Positions 20,708 to 30,856 of a stretch of 64,000 nucleotides of DNA are shown piece by piece. The DNA comes from an uncultured delta proteobacterium (GTDB lineage: Bacteria; Desulfobacterota; Desulfobacteria; Desulfobacterales; QNYZ01). Positions within the stretch are counted from its first letter, which is position 1; each line of letters begins with the position of its first letter. Under the pieces are notes generated by a model that had not been told where the DNA came from, ran no database searches, and was given only the letters and a program-made list of their open reading frames with translations. Location of the stretch: the NCBI GenBank assembly GCA_963845145.1, contig CAWJQU010000005.1:1056001-1120000 (forward strand), given 5' to 3'. The translations under genes were made by a program, and so were the position numbers.

Positions 20708-21351
20708 ACCACGTTCAGCCCATGGAATCCTGTTCAGCCGTGTTCTATCTTGGCTCACTCTGCAGAAGCAGGAATAATTGATAATATGTTATTAATAAAG
20801 GGTTTATGGCTAGCGTTGCAAAAGACCCCAACCGCGCTCGGCAGTATTGACATATTTCTGTCGCATAACGGTTCGGTGGTTCTTCGAGGTTCGTTGCCCG
20901 TTGTCACATCGCGGTTTGGGCTTCTGGACGCAGGCGTTACTGATTTCTCCGACCATGTCGGCAATAATTCCAATGTGTTTGATAACCCAAGAAACTCTCA
21001 ATTATCAGCAGCATATATAATTTTCCGATAATTACAGAAGGGATCAGATATTTTTAATGAAACAGCAGTCATTTAGATCACGACTATAGTCGATGGAGGT
21101 CAGATTTTTTCAAACCGATTAAAACAGGAATCATTCCACTTTAAATCTTAATGTGGTTCAACTGTGCGATCTTGACAATTGTGTCTTATTAAGTTCAGTG
21201 TGGATTTTGAATGACCTATAGCAAGTATCCAGCGGGCAGATCGATCGCATTAGGGTCAAATTTAATTCAAGTGACATAATAAAGATCTCCTGTGATGATA
21301 TTCGTAAATGATATCATCTACGCAGTATTCCTTTTTACGGATGGAGGAAAA

Positions 21352-22188
21352 GTGAGCATAGAAACGGAGGCTATCACCACGAGTTCAGGTTGCAGTGGTA
21401 TCGAAACCGTTAAGATTTACGTGCGGCACAGCTGGTGGCCCAAACAATTCCGGAAAGATAAAAAAGTCGCTTTGTCGAAGATTTACGTCAAACGGATTAA
21501 GAAGCTGATTGGCGAGATTTTCGGGAAACAAACTGGCCGTGCTGCGCTGGAGGAGGTCGTTCGGTTTAAAAAAACTGTGTTTATAATTCCCCGAGTCATT
21601 GGAACCACTGTAAAATCAACTACAAAGCAAGGCTTTTTTAATGCTTCAGCTCGCGCACACGATAAATTTGGGGCTGAGTCCTTAGGACGAGGCAGCCATG
21701 TAACGGTGCCATTTCTTCCACAGGCCTGGGGACTTGGAGGGTTGCCCGTCGCTTTTACTCCCGATACCGTGTTGCTTCACGAATTGATACACGCACTCCG
21801 TATGACCGTTGGGACATTAACTTTACCAGATCCCGTTTTGGACCCCGTAGTTGATTGGCGGCACGTTCCTAAAATGGGTTGGAAGAGCCGTGAGTTGTCA
21901 CCCGATTTCAAAAATAAATGGAAAAACATTGAAGAGTTTATTGCTGTCCTCGTAGTAAACATTTACCGCTCGGAAAAGGGGCAGGGGCTGCGGGCGAGAT
22001 ACTCCGGGGCCAACAAACATGGCGTTATGACGGTATCTGAACAGCGAAAATTCGCTTCAGACTACGGCCAAATTATAGATGCATTGATTAGAGACCATGC
22101 TGATTTCGCAAGAAAGCTCAGAGATGTTCGCGCCCCATTCAACCCTGTACGCGATCGTCTAGTAGCCCGAGGCCTAAAGCGAAAGTAA
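21352..22188 (+). CDS. HExxH zinc metallopeptidase-like protein (M91/NleD-like)
   Basis: VLLHELIHALRM, then EE...NIYRSEKG..LRARY; GTG start after GGAGG. Confidence 0.6.
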   Translation: MSIETEAITTSSGCSGIETVKIYVRHSWWPKQFRKDKKVALSKIYVKRIKKLIGEIFGKQTGRAALEEVVRFKKTVFIIPRVIGTTVKSTTKQGFFNASARAHDKFGAESLGRGSHVTVPFLPQAWGLGGLPVAFTPDTVLLHELIHALRMTVGTLTLPDPVLDPVVDWRHVPKMGWKSRELSPDFKNKWKNIEEFIAVLVVNIYRSEKGQGLRARYSGANKHGVMTVSEQRKFASDYGQIIDALIRDHADFARKLRDVRAPFNPVRDRLVARGLKRK

Positions 22189-22470
22189 GACCCACAATCG
22201 TTGTTTCGTGAAAGTAATAAAAGTAATAGCAAGATCACTCTGTGGTCAGGCTATTGGCAGAAAAAATCAAATCGATTGTCAATCTACCTCCGAACATCGA
22301 CGATTAAGGAGGCTTCTGAATAGCTGGGATAATATACTGTCAAGCGATGTCCTGATTAGACTGTCGGTCTTATCAATTTCTGGACCCCTCGGCCCCTTGC
22401 TTGGGTCCATCAACCGTCGGCTGAGCCCTTTTTAAGATCGTTCACTTGGAAAAAAAGAAGGTTTATCGGC

Positions 22471-23424
22471 CTACCCTATTTGAAAATGGTTGGCCCATTT
22501 TCGCGGGCCAAAGTGCATACATGCCTGTGCTGCGATTTTGGCCGATTTTTCTAAAAGGTGGGCAAAATGGTCAGTGGGTGAATCGGCGTAGAAATAGGCG
22601 TAGGCTCCATGGAAAATATCTCCTGCGGCCAGTGTGTCCCGGACAGCAGATGGCGGCGGGGGAATGGCCTCAAACCGGTTGCCGTTTTCCAGGGCCAGAA
22701 TGGATTGTTCGCCCCGGGTTATGGCGGCTCTTGCCACATTTTGGTCGCTGAGCCAATTTAAGGTGTCATCGCTCGAGCGGATCGCCGGGGGTTTGAATGC
22801 GGACGAGCATATGGCTGAATCCGTATACTGAAGCAAATCCTCCGTACCCGGCTTCCAGCTACCTCCATCCAAAATCGTGTGAATGCCGGCTTTTTGGCAA
22901 GCTTTCGCCAATGGGATGGCCAGCGCCATGTATTGGCCGTCGAAAAGTGCCGTCTTGTACCCGGATAAGTCCAGATCCCCCACATGAAAATCCTTCGATG
23001 GCATATGTTTGGCGTTGATCGAGACCACGGAACGGTCGCCATTGTTTTTTGAAATGTAAATGGATGACATGGTGGGCACTGATTGATAGGTGGGGCAAAG
23101 ATCAATATGTTTTATTTTGTAATTTTTTAGCTCGTTGTGGACGATAGATGTTAAGGGGTGCGATCCCAATCCGCTCACCAGGGAAGCCTTGCCGCCGAGG
23201 GTGCTGAAGGTGATGGCCGCATTAGAGCTGGGGCCACCGGTGCACAACAACTGTTGGTGCGCAGTTATTTTCTCGTTTCGTTGGGGGGGATTATCGACGA
23301 GATAAATGCTGTCGATAGTGGATATGCCGAAGAACAACCCTTTTTTATCCGGCCCGGGTATATCCGATCCAGGTATATCCGATCCAGGTATATCCGAATT
23401 GGCCTTATCCAATCTGGTCATCAT
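22471..23424 (-). CDS. PfkB/ribokinase family carbohydrate kinase
   Basis: GGPSSNAA, ITRGE, VRDTLAAGDIFHG. Confidence 0.9.
   Translation of the reverse strand: MMTRLDKANSDIPGSDIPGSDIPGPDKKGLFFGISTIDSIYLVDNPPQRNEKITAHQQLLCTGGPSSNAAITFSTLGGKASLVSGLGSHPLTSIVHNELKNYKIKHIDLCPTYQSVPTMSSIYISKNNGDRSVVSINAKHMPSKDFHVGDLDLSGYKTALFDGQYMALAIPLAKACQKAGIHTILDGGSWKPGTEDLLQYTDSAICSSAFKPPAIRSSDDTLNWLSDQNVARAAITRGEQSILALENGNRFEAIPPPPSAVRDTLAAGDIFHGAYAYFYADSPTDHFAHLLEKSAKIAAQACMHFGPRKWANHFQIG
23357..23397. repeat. 15-bp in-frame tandem repeat (GGTATATCCGATCCA x~2.7) encoding SDIPG repeats
   Basis: Directly visible; the protein reads SDIPGSDIPGSDIPG. Confidence 0.9.
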
Positions 23425-23451
23425 CCGATAGGTCAGCCATCCATTGACGTT

Positions 23452-24624
23452 TTATACGAGCCCCGCTTCACTCAGCGGTCGCTTCGCAAGAATCCGTTCT
23501 GGTGTGAAAATGGACAAATCCAAAGATACCGGTACACCTAATATCAATTCAGACAGGTAGCGACCCACGGCGGGTGCTTGTTGCAGTCCGTGACCTGAGA
23601 AACCATTGGCAAGGTAAAACCCCTTGATCTCCGGCCATTCTCCCAAAATAGCGTTGCCATCCAGGGTGTTGACGGCATAGAGGCCCGCCCAACCACGCAC
23701 CAATTTGAGCCGGTCAAAGGCAGGAACAAATTCGGCCAACTCGGGCCAGAGGATTTCCATAAACCGTTTGTCATCCCAGGTAAATGAAAACCCGGTGGGA
23801 TCCTCATCCATGGATTTTCCCAGCAATAAAAGGCCGCCTGTTTCTGATCTAAAATACATGCCCGAGGGTAAAACGGTCAACGGTAGTGGCCCTTCCGGCT
23901 TGACGGCAGTATCTAGTACAAATATCTGCCGTTTGACCGGTTTGATCGGAAGGGTCACGCCGATGGTCGCAGCGATAGTGGTCGCCCAGGCACCGGCACA
24001 ATTAATAACGCAAGGCGCAATCAGGTGCCCCTCTTGGGCCAGTTCGACACCGGTTATCTGCCCCTTGTCCATGGTGATGGCCGTAACTTCATCGACCATA
24101 TATTCGGCATTGAGAGATCGGGCTTTGGCTTTGTATGCCATCAGGGCCGCATAGGCGTCAAAATGGCCGTCTTGGGGCCCAAAGGTGCCGCCCGCCAAAC
24201 CATCGGTATTGTAAAGAGGGTACTGCGCTTTGATTTCCTCGGAAGTCCACCAATTCACTTCACATCCCAAGCGCTGTTGCATCTTGAGCGCGTCTTTGGC
24301 GGCATCGTATCCGGTTTCATCGACCAAAAAGAGGTTGCCTTCCTGGCGAAAATAAATCTTCGGCGTCATATCATCGACAGCCATGGTCTCTTCAAAATGT
24401 TTGAGAACCTCAAAGGTGTATTGAGAGATCTTCACATTCTCGGGCAGGCTGAATTGAATCCGAACATTGGTGGCCGACAATGTTGTCGAAGCTTGTGCAT
24501 AGGTTGGATCCCGCTCGATCACCACTACGTTGAGCTGCGGGTCCGCCTGCATCAGATAAAAAGCGGCGGCACTACCCATAATGCCGCCGCCGATGATAAT
24601 AATGTCGTATGATTTAGCGGTCAT
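23452..24624 (-). CDS. FAD-dependent oxidoreductase, DAO family; close paralog of 5159-6328
   Basis: YDIIIIGGGIMG, NCAGAWA, GWAGLY, ANGFSGHGLQQAPAVGRYLSEL. Confidence 0.9.
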   Translation of the reverse strand: MTAKSYDIIIIGGGIMGSAAAFYLMQADPQLNVVVIERDPTYAQASTTLSATNVRIQFSLPENVKISQYTFEVLKHFEETMAVDDMTPKIYFRQEGNLFLVDETGYDAAKDALKMQQRLGCEVNWWTSEEIKAQYPLYNTDGLAGGTFGPQDGHFDAYAALMAYKAKARSLNAEYMVDEVTAITMDKGQITGVELAQEGHLIAPCVINCAGAWATTIAATIGVTLPIKPVKRQIFVLDTAVKPEGPLPLTVLPSGMYFRSETGGLLLLGKSMDEDPTGFSFTWDDKRFMEILWPELAEFVPAFDRLKLVRGWAGLYAVNTLDGNAILGEWPEIKGFYLANGFSGHGLQQAPAVGRYLSELILGVPVSLDLSIFTPERILAKRPLSEAGLV

Positions 24625-24653
24625 AAAACACTCCACCCTTGCTTCAAAGGACT

Positions 24654-25178
24654 TTACGATGCAAACTCAGCAAGGATCTTTTCGTAGAGGGCACTAATTT
24701 CGGCCATCAGCGTATCGAATTTTTCTTTAGCCGCCACCCAGGCATCGCCTGTGGCGCTTTTTAGTGTCTCGAGCTGGCCGGCCGCCTCTTTTTTCTTGGA
24801 AGTCAATTGGTCCATTTGCTCCTTAAATTTCCCTTTGGCCGCATCACCCAGGCTCGCTGCTTTGGCGCCGAGCGCTTCGAACTTGGTATCAAAATCACCC
24901 AGCTCGTTTTTAACTTTGTCCATGTACGTGTCAATTTTATCCTTGGTCCATTCCGTTGCAGAGGCGACGGTCTCTTTGACCTCGGCCGTCGCTTCTTTTG
25001 CGACTTCGGTGGCCTTCTCAGCCGTTTCTTTAACTTTTTCAGTCATTTCCTTGGTGGCTGATGCTGCTTTATCCGCGGTGGATTCCGGTTTGTCGCTGCA
25101 GGCACTAAAAAAAACGCAAGCAATACCCAGAATAATCCATTTACCCCATCCTCTTGGTCTAATCTTTTTTGGTTTCAT
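24654..25178 (-). CDS. Lipoprotein with long Lys/Ala/Glu-rich helical (coiled-coil) region
   Basis: Start MKPKK after GAGGAG; lipobox FSAC; amphipathic helical repeats. Confidence 0.7.
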   Translation of the reverse strand: MKPKKIRPRGWGKWIILGIACVFFSACSDKPESTADKAASATKEMTEKVKETAEKATEVAKEATAEVKETVASATEWTKDKIDTYMDKVKNELGDFDTKFEALGAKAASLGDAAKGKFKEQMDQLTSKKKEAAGQLETLKSATGDAWVAAKEKFDTLMAEISALYEKILAEFAS

Positions 25179-25469
25179 CTTTTCTCCTCTTTCTGTGATC
25201 AGGTGAATAATTTGAAGACAACACAACACGTTTACAATAAACCAAATATCAAACAGGTCTTTTAAATGATTGCGATGCAAACATCAATAACCATCCGCTT
25301 GATGACGTTAAGATAAGCAGATGCGATCAGAGTGCAATCAATAGCGGGGATAAAGGTCCAAACGATAAGGAATTTTCACTGGAAAATGGAGAATCTCACC
25401 ACAATGGCCTTGAAATAGCGCGAGGAAATCGGTTTTGGGCCAATTTTTATGTTACGTTAGACGGGTAAA

Positions 25470-26150
25470 CTAACCAAATTTTTTTAATCGGGGGCTTTGG
25501 GAAGGTTTAGGTATTTCCGTTTCCATTATCGTCTTAAGGTCTTCCATAATGAATTTGGTAGTCGTATCGGTCAAATGGCGATAAAAAGCCATTTTTGCCT
25601 CTTTTTTTACACGGGTGGCAAAATCGCCGATCCAGGCGCCGATGTGGTCATATAAAAATGACCTTTGAGACCTTAGAAGCCGGATAACCGTTTCGGCTTC
25701 TCCGGATTGAATCGCTTCGATTTCGTTGAAGATCTCAACGTACATGAATTCCAGCTCGGCTGCGATGTGGTCCGGCGCATCTTTGAATGATTTCGCAAGG
25801 GAAAGGCCGCTTTCGAGATATCGCCGGCGGACGTCAGCGGTGGACTTCCCCATAATTTCTCGTTTTCCATCAAGATAGATGGAGCCGTAGGGAGGTGCAG
25901 GCAGTTGGAAGGGGCCGACAAACAGTCGGGCAAACTCGCATTTTAACGCATCCAAATTATTTTTGCGCTGCAGGTCACGCTGCATGAGCCGTGCGGGAGC
26001 CAGGGCTTTAGAACCGATAAAGGTCAATTGTTTTTCAATTTTTCCAAGCTGGGCTACCAAATGGTTTCCGGGAATATAGTAGCAGGCCGACAGCCCCTGG
26101 TAGATATCCATTCGAGCCGTTTCCAACGAAATTAAGTCATTGATGTCCAT
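25470..26150 (-). CDS. TorD/DmsD family molybdoenzyme chaperone (ArrD-like)
   Basis: EFARLFVGP, APPYGSIY, PDHIAAELEFM, FLYDHIGAW. Confidence 0.9.
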   Translation of the reverse strand: MDINDLISLETARMDIYQGLSACYYIPGNHLVAQLGKIEKQLTFIGSKALAPARLMQRDLQRKNNLDALKCEFARLFVGPFQLPAPPYGSIYLDGKREIMGKSTADVRRRYLESGLSLAKSFKDAPDHIAAELEFMYVEIFNEIEAIQSGEAETVIRLLRSQRSFLYDHIGAWIGDFATRVKKEAKMAFYRHLTDTTTKFIMEDLKTIMETEIPKPSQSPRLKKFG

Positions 26151-26301
26151 TTAGATCTCTCCAAACATTATATAGACAGGGGTCTTTTAATCATTTTTCA
26201 TTTATAATGGCGCTCCCTTCCGGGGAGAATATCGACACATATTAACCCCGAAAAGGAAAGCGCCAAACCGAGAAAAAGCAGTCGGTTCACCGATTGCTCG
26301 T

Positions 26302-27453
26302 TTACCGTATCGGTTCTACCTCCAGCTTGAAAAAGCGTTCTCCCAGTGTGTAAAGCAGGAGCATGACGCTCACGGCCAATGCGAATACCAGCCACTCCCA
26401 GATACTCGGAAAGTAGCTGATAAAATCCGGATACTGTTCCGCCTTGGGGCCCACCGGCCGGCTCTGGCCGGCCAGCAAAATCTCCATATGCATTGTCAAA
26501 GTTCCCATCAAAACCAGGGCCGAGGCAAGGAGCCGGCTGCCACTACTTTGACGAAGGGCGGGGATGGCCATCATGGCGAAGGGTAGAAAAAGTCCAAGGA
26601 TACTTTCAATATGAAAAGGTCCTACCGCACCAAAGGCATGTTTGAATTTACCGTAACTTAAGAATTCCGGGATCGTCGTGGCCGACTCAAAGGCGTATTT
26701 AACCAGGGTGAATACAACGACCGTGCCAAGAGACCAGGTGAAGATTCTGGTAAAGTCGGTAGCAATCATTCGCCTGGATTCAGATATATTGCTACCCGAA
26801 AGCCAAGCCAGCACCTGATCGTAGAGCAGATATAAGGCCGTGCCGCTCAAAATGCCCATTAACAGACAATAAATGGACATCACCGGACCAAAGTAGGTAA
26901 CCCGGGATTCGGTTAAACCGAACACAGAGCCGATCATCAACGGCGCCACCAGGGCGCACAAAAAAGATATGATCCCCAAAGCCTTGCTGAAACTACTGTG
27001 CCAATCGCCCATGTGCAGCCGCCAGAATTTTAGAATCAGGATCACCAGCTCGACGCTGTAGATGAAGCCCATCCACCAGATCGGAGAACTTAAGTTCGGC
27101 GACAGCAAAATGTAGATCATATGAAAAATGTTGCCCAACTCCAGGCCGATGGAGACAAACCCACCGATCAAGGTGGCAATGGCCAAAAACACCAGGCGTT
27201 TGGCTACCGGCTCATATTTTTTTACATCGAAAACCAGGGGCATCGCCGCCAGGATGGTGAGCCCCGAACTGGTTAGTGCTAGAAAAATATAAACCCCCAG
27301 CGGCAGGGTCCATAGCAGCACGTCGTTGGCGTTGAATAGAGAATGGCCTTCGGTGAGCAGCTTGTAGGCCGCCACCAATCCGGCCAGAATAACAGTGCCG
27401 AGCAATAGCAGCCAAGCACTGTACAGTCCTTTGGAAGTGGTTGCGTCACTCAT
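26302..27453 (-). CDS. NrfD/PsrC family membrane anchor (ArrC-like)
   Basis: About 10 TM, W.LP..VYIFL, ELG, PNLSSPIWWM, YFPSIWEW; follows arrB. Confidence 0.85.
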   Translation of the reverse strand: MSDATTSKGLYSAWLLLLGTVILAGLVAAYKLLTEGHSLFNANDVLLWTLPLGVYIFLALTSSGLTILAAMPLVFDVKKYEPVAKRLVFLAIATLIGGFVSIGLELGNIFHMIYILLSPNLSSPIWWMGFIYSVELVILILKFWRLHMGDWHSSFSKALGIISFLCALVAPLMIGSVFGLTESRVTYFGPVMSIYCLLMGILSGTALYLLYDQVLAWLSGSNISESRRMIATDFTRIFTWSLGTVVVFTLVKYAFESATTIPEFLSYGKFKHAFGAVGPFHIESILGLFLPFAMMAIPALRQSSGSRLLASALVLMGTLTMHMEILLAGQSRPVGPKAEQYPDFISYFPSIWEWLVFALAVSVMLLLYTLGERFFKLEVEPIR

Positions 27454-28179
27454 TTAAATACCTCCTTTGCTTGACTGGTAATGGGCCGGATTGAAGTCTC
27501 GAATATAAAAAATGTGTGGATTGGTCCCCAACTGCTCCCGCAAGCGGAAGGGACGAAACTTTCCCAATAGCTGACTCACTTTGCTGCCAGGGTCGCTGAT
27601 ATCGCCGAAAATTCGAGCGTCCCCCGGGCAGGCCTCAACGCACCGGGGAAGGTCTCCATTTTTCAACCGGTGGTCGCAGAAAGTACATTTTTCAACGACG
27701 CCCTTAGGGCGATTGTTAGCCAGTGTTGCCCCACGTTCGGGATTATAATAGGGGGTTCCTTTGCCCCCTGTTTTGGACACCATATCCGCCGGTGAAGAGG
27801 TAACATCTTTGATGACGGCGGTTTTTTCTCTCCAGAATGCGTGCGGCTTTTTCCAATTGAAATAAATGACACCGTAGGGACAATTGAACTCACAGTATTT
27901 GCAGCCGATGCATTTGTCGGGATCATGCATGGTGATGCCATTGTCTAACTTGTGCATCGCCTTGGTCGGGCACCCTCGGACACATGGCGCATTATCACAG
28001 TGGTTGCACAGGGTCGGAAGATAGTGGAAACGCACATTTGGAAACGTACCCGAGGTTTCCGTGATCTTGTTGGACCAGTAGATCCCATCCGGTACATTAT
28101 TTTCATTCCTGCAGGCGATGCTACAAGCCCCGCAGCCGACACATCGTTGCAGATCGATGACCATGGCATATCTTGGCAT
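27454..28179 (-). CDS. arrB: Respiratory arsenate reductase Fe-S subunit
   Basis: MVIDLQRCVGCGACSIACRNEN, PTLCNHCDNAPCVRGCP, CIGCKYCEFNCPY, NPERG, EKCTFCDHRL; colinear with ArrB as I recall it. Confidence 0.9.
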   Translation of the reverse strand: MPRYAMVIDLQRCVGCGACSIACRNENNVPDGIYWSNKITETSGTFPNVRFHYLPTLCNHCDNAPCVRGCPTKAMHKLDNGITMHDPDKCIGCKYCEFNCPYGVIYFNWKKPHAFWREKTAVIKDVTSSPADMVSKTGGKGTPYYNPERGATLANNRPKGVVEKCTFCDHRLKNGDLPRCVEACPGDARIFGDISDPGSKVSQLLGKFRPFRLREQLGTNPHIFYIRDFNPAHYQSSKGGI

Positions 28180-28191
28180 TGTTATATCCTC

Positions 28192-30774
28192 CTATATTTT
28201 TTCGATTTTGACCCGCGTGCCGGCATGCCGGACGGTACTGCCGCTCATGCGCTCGTAGACGGCGGGGATCAGGTCGTTGTTGTTACCGCCTCGAGGCGTC
28301 TTGCCGAATTCTTTGGCCGCGAGACGGCCATAGGCCCAGTGCCCCTGGCCGTAGCATTTAGCCACCGTTCCCGGCCGAACGCCTTCCCAGAGTTTAGCAG
28401 TACACTCAATCTCTCCGGTGGGTGAGGTTAATCGGATCATGTCCCCGCTATTGACGCCAAGCGTTTTGCCGTCGATCGGATTGATTTTGGCCACATCGTC
28501 CCAGATCTCGTCTCCAGGATCGAGATCTTTGAACTCGTAATACCAACTACAGTTGGCCGAACGGCCTTCACGATTGAGCCTGGATTTGTGATCCACAAAG
28601 ACAAATGGGTAATCCTTTGGATCCCCTGCAATGTAAGGTTCTTCATAATGGGGAATAAAAGCCTGTTCTCCCCGGGCCTCATAGAATATGGCCTCCATCA
28701 CCTGGTCCACCGTGGCCTCGTGTTTTTCGGCGTGTTTTTGGAGGGCCTCCTTCAACGTTTCACTGTAAAACTCAAACATGCCGGTCTTGGTCTTCATCTT
28801 GCCCCAGCGTTTGCGATAGGGATACGGATCGGAGTTCCACACACCTACTTTTGCAAATTCCTCCCATCCGCTGAACTTGTCTCCGCCTTTGTATTTTGCC
28901 GGGTCCCAGAGATTCTGGGTCGCGAACTTTAGGGCATATAAGGCAAATTCTTTTTCGTTTTCGGGCTGTTTGCCGGTCTCCGGGTCGATGTAGGTTTTAT
29001 AATGACGCAGCAGGTTATCGAAACCTCGCTCCGCCAGCTTTTCGGCAAGGAGCCAGGGAACTTCAGTTTCATCGATCTTGTAGTCCCATACCAGGTCCAC
29101 AATGGGTTGCATGATGGTCACATGCCGATGGCCATTCCCGTGAGATTTGACATACCCCCACTTTTCAAACATATGGTGCGTGTTCGGCAGCACGATGTCA
29201 GAAAACCAGGTGAACTCCGATGCATTCGTCGTAATGTGGGTCACAAACGGAATTTTGGAGAGGGCCCGCTCCCAACGTTCCGGTTGCCCGCAGGAAAAAG
29301 TGAAGTTGTTCATGTAGCAGATCGCTACTTTGATCTCGTTTGGATCCTCATTGAGGATGCCATCGGCCGCATTGTTGGTGATAACCCCTCCGCCGGATTT
29401 GCCCTTGCTAATGCATGGAAATTCAAGTCTACCGCGCTGGTCAATTTTTTTGTGTTTCTTTCCTTTTTTGGCAATGTCGTCCATATATTCGTCTGGTTTG
29501 GGGAACTTGGTGGTGTACTCCTTGTTGGCTTTAAGGGTTCCGCCGACATTGTCCACACCACCGGTCAGTCCGTTTAAAGCATGGCAGATCATGCTGGCGT
29601 AGCCCCCGCGCACCTGCATGACCGGACCACCTCCCACCCAGGATATGGCATTAGGCGCCGCTTTACCGAAAGCGACGGCCACCTCACGAATCTGATCGGC
29701 CGGGATCCCGCTGCGCTCGGCGGCCCATTCGGGGGTTTTGTCCTTCAGCTCCAGGTTCCACCATTTCACCAGGCCGTAAGTATATTTTTCTTCGAAATCC
29801 TCCTCATTGACATATTGATTGAGTGAGAAATGATTCTCCCCATCGATAAAGTCACCCACGAAGGCCTTGTGCCACAGCCCCTCGGTCAGGATGACATGGG
29901 CTATGGCGGCCGCAATGGCGCCGTCATGTCCTGGCTTGACGGGCATCCAGATGTCGGCCTTGGCGCCGGTGGCGGAAAGTCTCGGCTCGACGACGACGAT
30001 CTGGGCCCGGTCGATGGTCGATCCCCAGGCTTGGGAGTAATAGGAAACCTGCCGGTTGGCCGCCAGTGGGTCCGCACCCCAAATGATCATGAAGCGCGTA
30101 TTTTCCACGTCGTACTGACGGTAATCCCATAAACCTTCCGTATAGTAGGCACCGAATTTTTCGGCCTCGGCGCAAATGGCGCTGTGGGATATGTTGTTAG
30201 GCGACCCGATAATTTTGGTCATGCGGTCGTAAAGAACGTCGCGCATGTAGGTGTAGCGTCCGCGCATAAGCATGTATTTGTAGGTTTCATCGTTGTTGCG
30301 CAGTTCCATGATTTTGTCAGCAATAGTATTCAACGCCTCGTCCCAAGTGATCGGTACGAACTGGGGATCTTCATGGCGCCCTTTTTTAGGATTGGTCCGC
30401 TTCATGGGGGTTTTGATCCGGTCTGGATCGTAGGCTTGCTGTATCCCCAGATGGGATCTCGGACAACCGGCGCCATTATTGACTTTGGAATGGGGATTGC
30501 CTCTGACTTTAACGGCTCTGCCGTCCACCACATAAACTTGTTTTGAGCACCAGGAAGTACATCCCTGGCACGTGGCCGGAAGCCACTGACCGGCACCGTT
30601 TTTCGATGCGGCGGTTGCCTCGGTCAGCGCATGGAGCTCAGGCTTAAGCCCCGCCCCGACAGCCACGGCGGCACCGGTTGTCGCCGTGGCTTTCATAAAT
30701 GACCGCCTTGACAGCTTGAAGTCACGTAGGAAGTCAGCCATAACCGTTTTTTGTTCGGAAGTCACTTTTTCCAT
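28192..30774 (-). CDS. arrA: Respiratory arsenate reductase molybdopterin catalytic subunit
   Basis: Tat signal SRRSFMK, CQGCTSWC...CPRSH, RTNPKKGRHEDP, ArrA signature RGRY and SHSAICAEAEK. Start MEKVT after AGGAGG. Confidence 0.93.
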   Translation of the reverse strand: MEKVTSEQKTVMADFLRDFKLSRRSFMKATATTGAAVAVGAGLKPELHALTEATAASKNGAGQWLPATCQGCTSWCSKQVYVVDGRAVKVRGNPHSKVNNGAGCPRSHLGIQQAYDPDRIKTPMKRTNPKKGRHEDPQFVPITWDEALNTIADKIMELRNNDETYKYMLMRGRYTYMRDVLYDRMTKIIGSPNNISHSAICAEAEKFGAYYTEGLWDYRQYDVENTRFMIIWGADPLAANRQVSYYSQAWGSTIDRAQIVVVEPRLSATGAKADIWMPVKPGHDGAIAAAIAHVILTEGLWHKAFVGDFIDGENHFSLNQYVNEEDFEEKYTYGLVKWWNLELKDKTPEWAAERSGIPADQIREVAVAFGKAAPNAISWVGGGPVMQVRGGYASMICHALNGLTGGVDNVGGTLKANKEYTTKFPKPDEYMDDIAKKGKKHKKIDQRGRLEFPCISKGKSGGGVITNNAADGILNEDPNEIKVAICYMNNFTFSCGQPERWERALSKIPFVTHITTNASEFTWFSDIVLPNTHHMFEKWGYVKSHGNGHRHVTIMQPIVDLVWDYKIDETEVPWLLAEKLAERGFDNLLRHYKTYIDPETGKQPENEKEFALYALKFATQNLWDPAKYKGGDKFSGWEEFAKVGVWNSDPYPYRKRWGKMKTKTGMFEFYSETLKEALQKHAEKHEATVDQVMEAIFYEARGEQAFIPHYEEPYIAGDPKDYPFVFVDHKSRLNREGRSANCSWYYEFKDLDPGDEIWDDVAKINPIDGKTLGVNSGDMIRLTSPTGEIECTAKLWEGVRPGTVAKCYGQGHWAYGRLAAKEFGKTPRGGNNNDLIPAVYERMSGSTVRHAGTRVKIEKI

Positions 30775-30856
30775 CACGCCTCCTGTAGAGTTAAATAACA
30801 AATCAGTTTCTCCTGATTGCTTGCTTCTCGCCCTGCACAAATGCCGTAGCGTTTCT

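Noticed and set aside
30833..30846. Second sigma54 promoter directly before arrA (CGGCATTTGTGCAG on minus)
   Set aside because: GG-to-GC spacing is 7, not 10.
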